Origin: a virus
Taxonomy: Duplodnaviria > Caudoviricetes
Strand: one strand, 5' to 3'
IMG/VR virus record: IMGVR_UViG_2645727545_000002
Span: 1-64,000 of that record
Length of the DNA: 64,000 nucleotides
Shown here one piece after another: positions 1 to 8,869 of this stretch (positions are counted from its first letter, which is position 1; each line of letters begins with the position of its first letter). The notes under the pieces were generated by a model. It was not told the origin of the DNA. It was given only the letters and a program-made list of their open reading frames with translations, and searched no databases. The position numbers and the translations under genes are program-made.

Positions 1-222
1 TTACATACTGTACCAGATAAAAAATGTACCCTGCCACAACGCTATAGGAAATATTTTTTAGAAATTCACTATGATGAATAAACCATTCAAATCCTGGCAA
101 TGCGATATATTACAGCAATAGCTCCCTGCAAAAATACTAAGCAATGTAAGAAATATAAATATACATCTATCTTTTGATACATTTCCTAAACCTTTTCTTA
201 AATTATCATATATACTACACAT
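1..222 (-). CDS. Partial hypothetical membrane protein (runs off left edge; outside the prophage)
   Basis: ATG at 220-222 with GAGGTG RBS; open frame MCSIYDNL...SYSVVAGYIFYLVQYV with two hydrophobic segments (hand-translated). Confidence 0.55.
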
Positions 223-257
223 CTTCACCTCTATAACATTTCATAAAACTCATATTA

Positions 258-281
258 TGCCGAATTTCGGCACAATAAAAA
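258..281. repeat. 24-bp palindrome-containing direct repeat, copy 1
   Basis: TGCCGAATTTCGGCACAATAAAAA; copy 2 at 663-686 differs at 2 positions. Confidence 0.8.
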
Positions 282-311
282 TAGGAGATACCTTTTGATA
301 TCTCCCATACA

Positions 312-655
312 CTACAGTGTCTCTTTTATTTTCAAAATCTCTTCTTCTGTTTTCCCTGTAATCTCACAAATTTCAGAAATCGGATAATTTTTCTTCAGCA
401 TAGAAATGACTGTTTTTCTACCCCTTTTTCCATGCCCTGCTCGATACCCTGTTCGATACCCTGTTCAACACCTTCTGCTTTCAAACGTTCCAATGCGGTA
501 CACATATTCGTCACCTCCATCGATTTTCCCATCTCAATCAGTTCTGTGGAACCTGCCATCTGACCAATCAAAGACAGAGCTTCTGAACTAATTCTCTTAT
601 CACTGTATTTTTCCCGGATCCCATCAAAATTTCCCGCAGACTCTCTTACCTCCAA
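312..655 (-). pseudogene. C-terminal fragment of an Rpn/PD-(D/E)XK transposase-like protein
   Basis: MCTALERLKAEGVEQGIEQGIEQGMEKG repeat tail; after a homopolymer shift it continues ...MLKKNYPISEICEITGKTEEEILKIKETL*; no nuclease domain. Confidence 0.6.
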
Positions 656-662
656 TAAGTTG

Positions 663-686
663 TGCCGAAATTCAGCACAATAAAAA
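663..686. repeat. 24-bp palindrome-containing direct repeat, copy 2
   Basis: TGCCGAAATTCAGCACAATAAAAA. Confidence 0.8.
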
Positions 687-725
687 GGACGAGCGAAAAA
701 CTTATGTTTTTCACACGCCCTTTTT
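682..725 (-). terminator. Probable intrinsic terminator
   Basis: Imperfect stem-loop flanked by A5/T5 tracts, downstream of the GGGtGRT 3' remnant. Confidence 0.45.
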
Positions 726-736
726 ATTATTTTACT

Positions 737-787
737 TGTACTAATCGACTTGTACTAATAGTGTACTAATAATGTACTAATGTACCA
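737..787. repeat. Tandem TGTACTAAT repeats (candidate integrase arm-type sites of a neighbouring element)
   Basis: Exact copies at 737, 751, 762, 773, plus TGTACCA at 781. Confidence 0.7.
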
Positions 788-848
788 CTTATCTATACAC
801 CCTTACACGTCCTTATACTCTTCAAAACCCGCGATTTTCCGCCGTTTC

Positions 849-926
849 TTAGAATTTTCCTTCTTTTGCTGATTCCTCAATCGCTACTGCAACAGCAACA
901 GTCATTCCAACCATCGGATTGTTACC
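849..926 (-). other. Stranded 3' end of a GGGtGRT-family gene; prophage attachment junction
   Basis: Encodes GNNPMVGMTVAVAVAIEESAKEGKF* with no upstream gene body; lies between repeat arrays and next to an excisionase. Family recognised from memory of this C-terminus. Confidence 0.65.
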
Positions 927-948
927 AATTACGAAATGATGGGCTTAA

Positions 949-1085
949 TTGTACCCATTTGTATCTATTTGTACCCAAGTTCCTATAAAACAAAGACTTA
1001 ACACAGATTGTATATATCTATTTGTATCTATTTGTATCTATAAATATTTATCATATTTATATTTTGGGACACAAAATGTACACAA
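949..1085. repeat. TTGTAYCYA repeats with 10-bp period (candidate integrase/Xis arm sites)
   Basis: TTGTACCCA at 949 and 969; TTGTATCTA at 959, 1022, 1032; related inverted copies near 1065-1085. Confidence 0.7.
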
Positions 1086-1105
1086 CCTGTATACCACTTA
1101 TAACG

Positions 1106-1288
1106 CTAATCATTATTCTGATATGATTCGTATTTTTCAAGGAACTTTTCAAGAGAAGATTTTCTAATTCTGAACGATTTAAATTTTAATACAGGAATCA
1201 TCCCCTTGTCAATAAGCTCATATACATAATTTTTGTTAACATGCAGTATACTTGCAACTTGAGCAACTGTATATACCATTTCTTCCAT
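1106..1288 (-). CDS. Excisionase-family (MerR-like HTH) protein
   Basis: YTVAQVASILHVNKNYVYELIDKGMIP...FRIRKSSLEKF; adjacent to the att junction. Confidence 0.85.
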   Translation of the reverse strand: MEEMVYTVAQVASILHVNKNYVYELIDKGMIPVLKFKSFRIRKSSLEKFLEKYESYQNND

Positions 1289-1314
1289 TATATTACACCA
1301 TCCTAAATTATTTA

Positions 1315-1497
1315 TTAAATCATATTTCCAACAAACACATTATAAAATTGTGCTGATAAACTATAAATAATTGCTACACTGAGTACAAAATACGGAATGT
1401 CATATTTGTCGATTGTATCACCTGTTGATTTAAACAGAGCATATACAGTCGCAATAGATAGAAGAAATAGAATGACATTCCCTAAAAACAAATTCAA
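1315..1497 (-). CDS. Small two-TM membrane protein
   Basis: 60 aa with two hydrophobic helices; co-oriented with neighbours. Confidence 0.6.
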   Translation of the reverse strand: MNLFLGNVILFLLSIATVYALFKSTGDTIDKYDIPYFVLSVAIIYSLSAQFYNVFVGNMI

Positions 1498-1510
1498 TCA
1501 TTATATCTAC

Positions 1511-2032
1511 CTACTTTCCTGTTGAACCAATCCCGCCAGTACGTTCCGCAGTAACTTCTTCTTCATCAGCAACACCAAATGGAACAAATACAGCCTGAAC
1601 AATTTTGTCGCCTGTTTTTAATTCAAGCATGTCGCCACCATTGTTCTTGATGCAGATAAAAATATGTCCTTCATTATCAGCATAGGCATAATCCGCATCC
1701 ACCACTGGAACAGTATTAGCGATCATCATTCCCTTCTTAATTCCAAGACTGCTACGCGGAAAGATAAGCATTACGTAATCTTCGTCCATTTCACATCTAA
1801 GACCAGTTGGGATTGTAATACTTTGATGTGGAGACAATTTAATATTGAATGGTGTACTAATATCATGGCCAGCACTAAATTTTGTACTACGTTTCGGAAT
1901 ATCGAGATTCTTATATTTCTCTGCTAAACATTCCATTTTGATTTTATCTAAATAAACATCTCCTAAAATTACTTCACAATCTTTCATGAACTGTTCAAAA
2001 CTTACCTTGGTAAACTTTGCTACTTTTCTCAT
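1511..2032 (-). CDS. dut: Trimeric dUTPase
   Basis: Motifs AGHD, PRSS, VVDADY, Q, RTGGIGSTG. Confidence 0.95.
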   Translation of the reverse strand: MRKVAKFTKVSFEQFMKDCEVILGDVYLDKIKMECLAEKYKNLDIPKRSTKFSAGHDISTPFNIKLSPHQSITIPTGLRCEMDEDYVMLIFPRSSLGIKKGMMIANTVPVVDADYAYADNEGHIFICIKNNGGDMLELKTGDKIVQAVFVPFGVADEEEVTAERTGGIGSTGK

Positions 2033-2035
2033 AAA

Positions 2036-2368
2036 TTAAATCACTCTCTTTCTAATAATTTTTTCTTTTACCATCTCATCCATAATGCCAGATAGTCTTG
2101 TGTATACTGTTCTATAGACATCGTTTTTCTCTTCATTTGTATATTCTCTGTCGTAAAATGCTGTATATAATGTATCATTACATACATCCATGACATCATA
2201 TCCAATATAGTTATCTAAAGATGAGACAAGAAAATCTGTGGCGATTACTGCCTTTGACTTGTTCTCATATAGAGGAAGAAACAACTTATAATTTAAGCCG
2301 CACTTCCTAAATCCAAAATTGATTAACTTATCATGTGTACATTGCCTATGTAATTTAAGCTGTTTCAT
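2036..2368 (-). CDS. Hypothetical phage protein
   Basis: 110-aa ORF with operonic packing. Confidence 0.65.
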   Translation of the reverse strand: MKQLKLHRQCTHDKLINFGFRKCGLNYKLFLPLYENKSKAVIATDFLVSSLDNYIGYDVMDVCNDTLYTAFYDREYTNEEKNDVYRTVYTRLSGIMDEMVKEKIIRKRVI

Positions 2369-2373
2369 AATCT

Positions 2374-3003
2374 TTACTCCTTTAATTTGTCTCGTAAAAA
2401 TTCTATATATTCATTCCATTTCCCTATGCTGTGGATATATTCTTTCCCCTTTAGACCTTTGGCAATCATGTCATTTTTGATATCTTCATAAGAATTCCTT
2501 TTAGTAGAGATACTTTTGACAAAATCATTTGTCATATGGCTTATGCCTAGAACTTCTTTTTGTGGTATATTTTTGATGATATTTTTATACATGCTAAAAT
2601 CTTCATCTGGAATAATGTACTTTGTTTTAGGCAGATTTTTACTACTAAAAGGGCTAATTCCAGAACCGTTTGTTTTTGGTTTTAATAGCGGAATTATTTT
2701 TTCAATATCTTTTGCATTAAATCTAAATAATACTTCCGAATCACTTTCTTCTATATCTGATACAATGTCTTGTCCATATAATTCTGTAAGTTTCTTCAGA
2801 ACGTTATGACCACGAATTAGTGATGGAATATACGCTTGTAATATTGATCTTCCATAATGGAAAACTTTATTACCATGCTGACAATCTATATAAACATCAA
2901 TGTCTTCTAATGTTCCATTCAGCTTTCTTCCATACTGATTATTTCGCAAGTCATACGGCGCTTTTAACCTATATGTGCCTTTATATCTCATCAAGTATGA
3001 CAA
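2374..3003 (-). CDS. Hypothetical phage protein
   Basis: 209-aa ORF with operonic packing. Confidence 0.7.
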   Translation of the reverse strand: MSYLMRYKGTYRLKAPYDLRNNQYGRKLNGTLEDIDVYIDCQHGNKVFHYGRSILQAYIPSLIRGHNVLKKLTELYGQDIVSDIEESDSEVLFRFNAKDIEKIIPLLKPKTNGSGISPFSSKNLPKTKYIIPDEDFSMYKNIIKNIPQKEVLGISHMTNDFVKSISTKRNSYEDIKNDMIAKGLKGKEYIHSIGKWNEYIEFLRDKLKE

Positions 3004-3133
3004 TTATTTATCACCGTCCTCTTCATCATAAAAATTATCTCTCTCATCTGATGCGACACACATAGAAATCGCAAACAAACTGGCAGCTACTCCAATAAAA
3101 AATCCAACCATAAATCCTATAAATACACCCATT

Positions 3134-3409
3134 TCAATACTCCTCATAAAATGTTTCTTCGCTTATTTTCTTTTTATTATTCGCCTCTGCGGCAAGAACT
3201 TTATCTAACGCTTGTTTGCGATCGTGGAACACAACCTCTCCAAAATCAGAATAACTAAATAAATAAGCATGTTTGTCTACTTTGTCACATCCAACAAAAT
3301 AATCTTCTTTTACTGTTCTGATTTTGAGTTGACATACATCGAATATGCCAACTCTAGGAATGATTCTTGCATAATACAGAACATCTTTTACATTTACTGA
3401 TTCTCCCAT
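3134..3409 (-). CDS. Hypothetical phage protein
   Basis: 91-aa ORF overlapping the nrdG stop. Confidence 0.6.
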   Translation of the reverse strand: MGESVNVKDVLYYARIIPRVGIFDVCQLKIRTVKEDYFVGCDKVDKHAYLFSYSDFGEVVFHDRKQALDKVLAAEANNKKKISEETFYEEY

Positions 3410-3943
3410 AGAACCACACTTCCTTGTTCTAATGTTCTTCTTATATCAATTACTCTTTGATTTGTGCTGCCAGCCCAGTGATAAGCAACATCTCGTTTGT
3501 CTTCTTCATATCTTCCGTCTACGAGAACATCACATTGCCTTACGATATCTTGTCGCATTTTTACAAGTTTATCTCGTTCTGGATTAAAATCGCCTGTAAC
3601 AACCGGATACATAATCTGTTCCCATGTGTATCCTGTATATAACCAGATTGTTTTTTCTGGATATGAAAGACGAATTTCATTAACCAAATTCAGAACGGAT
3701 TCAAGATTATTTTCATTCAAAGGATCACCACCAGTCAAAGTAATTCCAGAAATATAATCTTTTGATAGTTCATCGAATATTTCATTTTTAGCTTTTGTAT
3801 CAAATTTTAGCTCCATCATTCGGATCCCAAGTAATAGGATTCTGGCAATTTTTACAATGATGATTACAACCAGAACACCATAGGCAAACTCTGAGTCCAG
3901 TTCCATTTAACATATCAGCATGGGTTATATCATGATATTTCAA
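3394..3943 (-). CDS. nrdG: Anaerobic RNR activase (radical SAM); apparent frameshift near 3800
   Basis: Alternate frame gives MKYHDITHADMLNGTGLRVCLWCSGCNHHCKNCQN (CxxxCxxC); C-terminal TLTGGDP, WLYTGY, DVLVDG, GSTNQR. Confidence 0.92.
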
Positions 3944-3999
3944 ATTTAATTACCACCCTTTCTTTTGTGGGCTATCTTTTCAGACAACCCACAATAATT

Positions 4000-6437
4000 T
4001 TACATACTCTTTCTGTCTGCAATTTCAGCCATCTTTGCATCATTCAATCTTGTATCTCCATGAACTCTTGAATACGACAGATATCCATTCATTCTTTCAA
4101 TCTTTGTTAAATCGCTACTTCCACAATTCGGACAAATATCCATATTTAATTCTTCATGACCACAATTATTACAGTATGCGAGCGAAAGATTTACTCCTTC
4201 ATAAAATCCCATTGACATTGCACGTCTTACAAGTGTTTTAATTGCATCGTGATTATATCCAATCGGATATTTACAATATTGAATGCGTCCACCCTCAATA
4301 TAATTCCAAAATCTATGTTCTAAATCCTGTTTTTGAATCGGAGTAATATCTTCCCAAACACCACAATGAAAACTGTTGCTTACATATTCTCTATCTGATA
4401 CTCCTGGAATAATTCCATATTTCTTACGGAACTGTTTTACCTGAAGCCCGCAGAGATTTTCTGCCGGTGTACCATAAATTGCATACAACCAACCATCTTC
4501 TTTTTTGAATTCCTTAACCTTTGCATCGATATATTTTAGTGTTTCTAATGCGAATTCACCATCTTCTACAAGTGATTTTCCATTGTATAACTGCTGCAGT
4601 TCATTTAGTGCTGTAATTCCAAAGGATGCTGTCATAGGTTTTAAAAGTGGTTTGATCTTGTCTGATGGATTTAAATGTCCTCCTAGAAAACCTCCTTCGC
4701 AATACCCAAGCGGATTTGTGGATGCTTTCATCTCTCCCAAATAATCATAGGTTCTCTGATGCAACTTACGGATCATTTCCAAATAGTAATCAAGAACTTC
4801 ATAAAAATCTTTATTTTCTTGTCTTGCTTTTGCAAGAATCATAGGAAGATGCAATGATACTGCGCCAATATTGAATCTTGATACAAAGATTGGCTCATCA
4901 TTTTCATCTTTTGGCTCCATTCCTCCTCGTTCATACCAAGGAGAAAGAAATGCTCTACACGTATTAATCGATTGTCACCAATCGTACTGACTAACTTTTC
5001 CCTCTGAAGCGTCCTAATCTTCATCAACAGGCGGTATCTTTGGAAACAGTGCTTATCTCTGTTTCTACGACGTTACACTCATCACGTCTAGTCGATTGAC
5101 CTTATATATAAGGCACAGCTTCATCTATAGTGCAAACGATCTCTCTCCTATAGACCTATCTGTTAGCAATTCAAATGAATCACACCCACCAAGCAAGTGG
5201 TTTAATACCGTTTTACATGGGCTGATTTGCACTTACCCATAGGACTAATAACTTTTCCATATTTATGGTACATTTTAGACACTGTTGTATCTCCATCTAA
5301 ACTTAACCAATCAGGATACATTGTTTTCGCGGAAGTTTTAATACCTTCTTCGAATAAATCTTCGTTTACTTTTCCTTTTCCGTGTAATTCTTCTGTATAA
5401 AGGAATACAAGTTTTGGAAACAACACAGGCTTTTTATTGCCATCCTTTCCTTGTCCTTCTCTATGAACTCTGAGAAAAGTTTTTGAAGCCATTTTAGCGA
5501 ATGGATCTGTTCCCAACCCAAATGTAATGGTGATAAATGGATAATCTCCTCGGCTGGAAGAGACAGTATTAAACTTGTATTCAAGTCCCTGATAACCTTG
5601 TTCCATATCACGTTCTACTTTTTTCATAGCGTAGTCATTAGATTTCTGTTCAAAATCTGAATGTCTATAATCCAGTAAGTTATCTGCAATATCATAAAAT
5701 TCATGTTTATATTTTTCATAACTTTTTTTAGCATATGGTACTAATACTTCATCAATCTGAGGAAGTGTAAATCCACCATACTCTTGACTCGCAGCACTTA
5801 ATGTAATATCTCCGATTACATCAAATGCTGTATCTAGTGTTTTAGGCTCGTTATACCATACATTTCCCATTTCAAATCCACCACGCATTACTTCTGCGAC
5901 ATCAAAAAGGCAGCAGTTCATCGTATCTCTTCTTGCAGACATATCATGAATATAGATATACCCATCATTAACAGCTTGTCTTTCTTCTACTGTTAAGAAG
6001 AATTTCTTATATAGCTGTTTATTCAATTCATTTAATACAAGACTTCGCTTTGTAGATACGAGAGCACTATCAGTGTTACTGTTTTCCTTATCCCCGATGT
6101 ACATAATTTTCTGACTCTCTTCGTATACCGTATCCATCATATGTACAAAATCAAGTTTATAATTACGATATTGCTGATACTGATACCCTATTTTGGGAAA
6201 CAAATCACGAAGTGTTTTCTCTACAATATTATGAATAAAGCCTACAGGAACTTCATCATTTTCAAAATCTTCTTCATCAATCTCATTAATGACTCTGTTA
6301 CAAATCATTCCGTACTCATCTTGTGAAAATGTAAAATTTTCTCTCTGAGCAGATTTATTGATGGCATTAATAATCTTCTGCTCGTTATACTTTTCCAATG
6401 TTCCGTCCTTCTTAATTACTTTCATCAAATACATCAT
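4000..6437 (-). CDS. nrdD: Class III ribonucleotide reductase, two exons (6437-5235 and 4959-4000)
   Basis: N-terminal ATP cone, YIHD, NCC; spliced junction ISPMG|CRAFLSPW; C-terminal CxxC..CxxC and glycyl-radical loop RMNGYL. Confidence 0.95.
4960..5234 (-). ncRNA. Group I intron (275 nt, no homing endonuclease ORF)
   Basis: 5' exon ends in U (ATGGGT) pairing with IGS GCCCAT; R-like GGTCAATCGACTAG and S-like AAAAGTTAGTC form P7; terminal G; removal restores in-frame MGCR. Confidence 0.9.
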
Positions 6438-6443
6438 CCTTTC

Positions 6444-6761
6444 TTACTTCTGAGAACTATCTTTTGTTGTCTTCGTTGTAGGTCTGGTTCTTTTTGTTTT
6501 CTGCTCTATTGCATTATTCTCTTCTTTTGGTTCGTTTTCTTCATAATCTTCATCATCAGAATCAGACCATTCATGACTTTTATTGCTTCTAAACTCTTCC
6601 ATAGTCACATCTGTACCTTTGAATGCACGAATACATTTTGCAACACCTTCAAACAGTGACCAGATTGGAATCCACATTGTTGTCCCAATTGCAAAAATCA
6701 CTGTTCCAAGTTGATTAAAATCCATACTTACTTTACCTCCTAATAAATCCACTTCCTCCAT
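6444..6761 (-). CDS. Hypothetical membrane-anchored protein (likely start MDFNQ)
   Basis: One TM helix and an acidic tail. Confidence 0.55.
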   Translation of the reverse strand: MEEVDLLGGKVSMDFNQLGTVIFAIGTTMWIPIWSLFEGVAKCIRAFKGTDVTMEEFRSNKSHEWSDSDDEDYEENEPKEENNAIEQKTKRTRPTTKTTKDSSQK

Positions 6762-6924
6762 CTCTCACGTTTAAACATAAGTGAGAGATGTCATCGATGT
6801 TTCCATGTGTTTTCGTGTGTCCAATACTATCAATTACATATTCTTCTTCTCCTAATCTAACTGTGATGAAATCGTCAGGATACATTCCCAACTCTCTCAT
6901 CAACATGCCACTCGTTCTGATCAA
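6733..6924 (-). CDS. Hypothetical phage protein
   Basis: 63-aa ORF between gmk and the next gene. Confidence 0.55.
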   Translation of the reverse strand: MIRTSGMLMRELGMYPDDFITVRLGEEEYVIDSIGHTKTHGNIDDISHLCLNVRDGGSGFIRR

Positions 6925-6929
6925 TTTAT

Positions 6930-7484
6930 TTATTCTTCCTCTCTCGTTTTTAAGTATTTACAAATTTCATCTACTAGATCGCCAATATCCTTGTCTTTAT
7001 TATTGTAAAAAATTCTATCCGCTAGAAATTCAGCATCTTTAAAATCTTTGTTGTCTTGTTTAATTCTGCGATCAGCCTCTTCTTTCTTGTCTCCACGATT
7101 AGATAGTCTGCTTCTAATTGTTTTATTGTTTGCATATATATAAATAGCAACATGATCATCCAACTCATCTTTAATGTCTCTATATCCATCTGGAGTCAGA
7201 ATTACAATTGACTTATTGTCCACTCTTGATATTTCATCTAAAGGAGAACCATAATACCAAACACCTTCTACGGTGTCGTATTTCTTCCATTCCGCAAAAT
7301 ATCGTGTATTAATAAGTTGTTCAAACTCCTCTTCGGAAATAAAATTGTAATCAACTCCATCAATTTCACCTTTTCTTGCCGGTCTTGTTGTTGTCGTTAC
7401 AATTTTCTTGTATCCTTGCTTTGCAAGTTCATCAACAATCCTACTCTTTCCACTTGCTGTTTTACCGAAAATTATAATTGCCAT
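6930..7484 (-). CDS. gmk: Guanylate kinase-like NMP kinase
   Basis: GKTASGKS P-loop; TTRPARKGEIDGVDYNF signature. Confidence 0.9.
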   Translation of the reverse strand: MAIIIFGKTASGKSRIVDELAKQGYKKIVTTTTRPARKGEIDGVDYNFISEEEFEQLINTRYFAEWKKYDTVEGVWYYGSPLDEISRVDNKSIVILTPDGYRDIKDELDDHVAIYIYANNKTIRSRLSNRGDKKEEADRRIKQDNKDFKDAEFLADRIFYNNKDKDIGDLVDEICKYLKTREEE

Positions 7485-7486
7485 TA

Positions 7487-7684
7487 TTATGATTTCACCT
7501 CTGTATCTTCTATATTTAATGGTGTTTTATTAATAAACAATACTCGTCCATTATCATCAACACACATCGCTTTATATAAGGTAACTTTACACTCATGCTG
7601 TTCCGCGTCTACATATCTTTCACATGTATCTTTTACAGGACAATCATTTTCTTCATGTTTGCAATAATAAATAGTATCTGACAT
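7487..7684 (-). CDS. Small Cys-rich protein
   Basis: 65 aa with five Cys. Confidence 0.5.
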   Translation of the reverse strand: MSDTIYYCKHEENDCPVKDTCERYVDAEQHECKVTLYKAMCVDDNGRVLFINKTPLNIEDTEVKS

Positions 7685-7751
7685 TATTTGTTTCCTTTTC
7701 TGATATTCGTTTTGTCGCAGATTTGATTTTCAAATCCTTTAATGTATTCTT

Positions 7752-8303
7752 TTAATTCATCTTCAAAAGCAGCTTTTTGTTATACCCACATGAGAACATC
7801 TCTGGACACAGACCATTTCTATACACGCATTCTCTTACCATTCTGCTTGCTGCTTCCGGCTCAAACTTAACAATTTCATCTTTAATCATCTTAAATGCTT
7901 TCTGTGTTTCGTAACTAGCACAATTACATAGTCTTTTTCTCGCAACATTGATTAAAGCTTGAAAATTAAAGTAATATGTAGCACTCTGTAATGTATTTCT
8001 ATCAGGAACTTCATTATAGTTATTCCTGTCACTTCTGAGTGATGATACAAACGGAACAACCCCATTTGAATGACGCACTAAATGTCCATGTACAAATTGC
8101 GGCGCATCATAGATTTTTAAAATTACAAATCCAAGCCTGATTGGGGAATGTTCAGCCATAAGCAGTTTCAATTTCCAGTCGTGGTTTGGATAACCACCTT
8201 TATCCTTTCCAATAGTTGTCATTGTTGCATCCTTTATCTGCTGCCACATATCTTCAGCCCATTTGATTTCTACGCGCATTTTTGATAAATCGGGTTTATT
8301 CAT
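7752..8303 (-). CDS. thyX: ThyX-like flavin-dependent thymidylate synthase
   Basis: EHSP, HLVRH...S.R, NFQALI..RLC pattern; nucleotide-metabolism context; 3' end likely frameshifted. Confidence 0.7.
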   Translation of the reverse strand: MNKPDLSKMRVEIKWAEDMWQQIKDATMTTIGKDKGGYPNHDWKLKLLMAEHSPIRLGFVILKIYDAPQFVHGHLVRHSNGVVPFVSSLRSDRNNYNEVPDRNTLQSATYYFNFQALINVARKRLCNCASYETQKAFKMIKDEIVKFEPEAASRMVRECVYRNGLCPEMFSCGYNKKLLLKMN

Positions 8304-8306
8304 AAA

Positions 8307-8546
8307 TTATTCCTCCACAATCCATAGTTTCATATCTTCTTTGAATTTATTTTTTACATACTCGTCATCCGAATGAAGCACGACGACACATTCCTTTTCA
8401 AGACCAATACCCATAAGTCCAAGAATTGACTTAGCATCAATCTGGTATCTTCCACAAAGATAATCAATATCTTCCTCATATCCGTCACATACTGTTGCGA
8501 ATAGCATTGCATTTTTAACTGTATTTAATTTGATTTTAATTTCCAT
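8307..8546 (-). CDS. HPr-family protein lacking the His15 motif
   Basis: IDAKSILGLMGIG (Ser46 region) present; no GLHARP motif. Confidence 0.8.
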   Translation of the reverse strand: MEIKIKLNTVKNAMLFATVCDGYEEDIDYLCGRYQIDAKSILGLMGIGLEKECVVVLHSDDEYVKNKFKEDMKLWIVEE

Positions 8547-8570
8547 AAATTGAATTCCTTTCTCACAAAA

Positions 8571-8855
8571 TTATAAAAAACAAACTAAAGCAACTACATA
8601 GTGTAGAATCTGGTCTGTAACGTAGTTTATCTTGTTATATCTGGCTTTCAACGGATCAATAATCATATGAGCTACAAATATAAATCCAAGTTGCCATGTT
8701 AGTCCGAATACTATGTAGAACGGCAAAACATATAACGCGCAATGAACAAATAGATGATACCAATTCGTTCCTTTTGTTTTAGCAATAAAATCAACCTGTA
8801 AAACATAATCACCAACTAAATGGCATAATATAATTATTAAAATTGTTTCAAACAT
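8571..8855 (-). CDS. DUF3307-like membrane protein
   Basis: HLVGDYVLQ, HCALY, HMIID, DQILH motifs. Confidence 0.75.
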   Translation of the reverse strand: MFETILIIILCHLVGDYVLQVDFIAKTKGTNWYHLFVHCALYVLPFYIVFGLTWQLGFIFVAHMIIDPLKARYNKINYVTDQILHYVVALVCFL

Positions 8856-8869
8856 ATTTATAACTCCTC

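Noticed and set aside
737-1085. Short repeats as a CRISPR array or replication iterons
   Set aside because: 9-10-bp units with no spacers, and no cas or rep gene nearby; the position next to xis favours att arm sites.
949-1167. 72-aa plus-strand ORF
   Set aside because: Translation of the arm-repeat region; no RBS and overlaps xis in antisense.
4839-5027. 62-aa ORF as an intron-encoded endonuclease
   Set aside because: It crosses the 3' splice site out of frame and has no nuclease motif.
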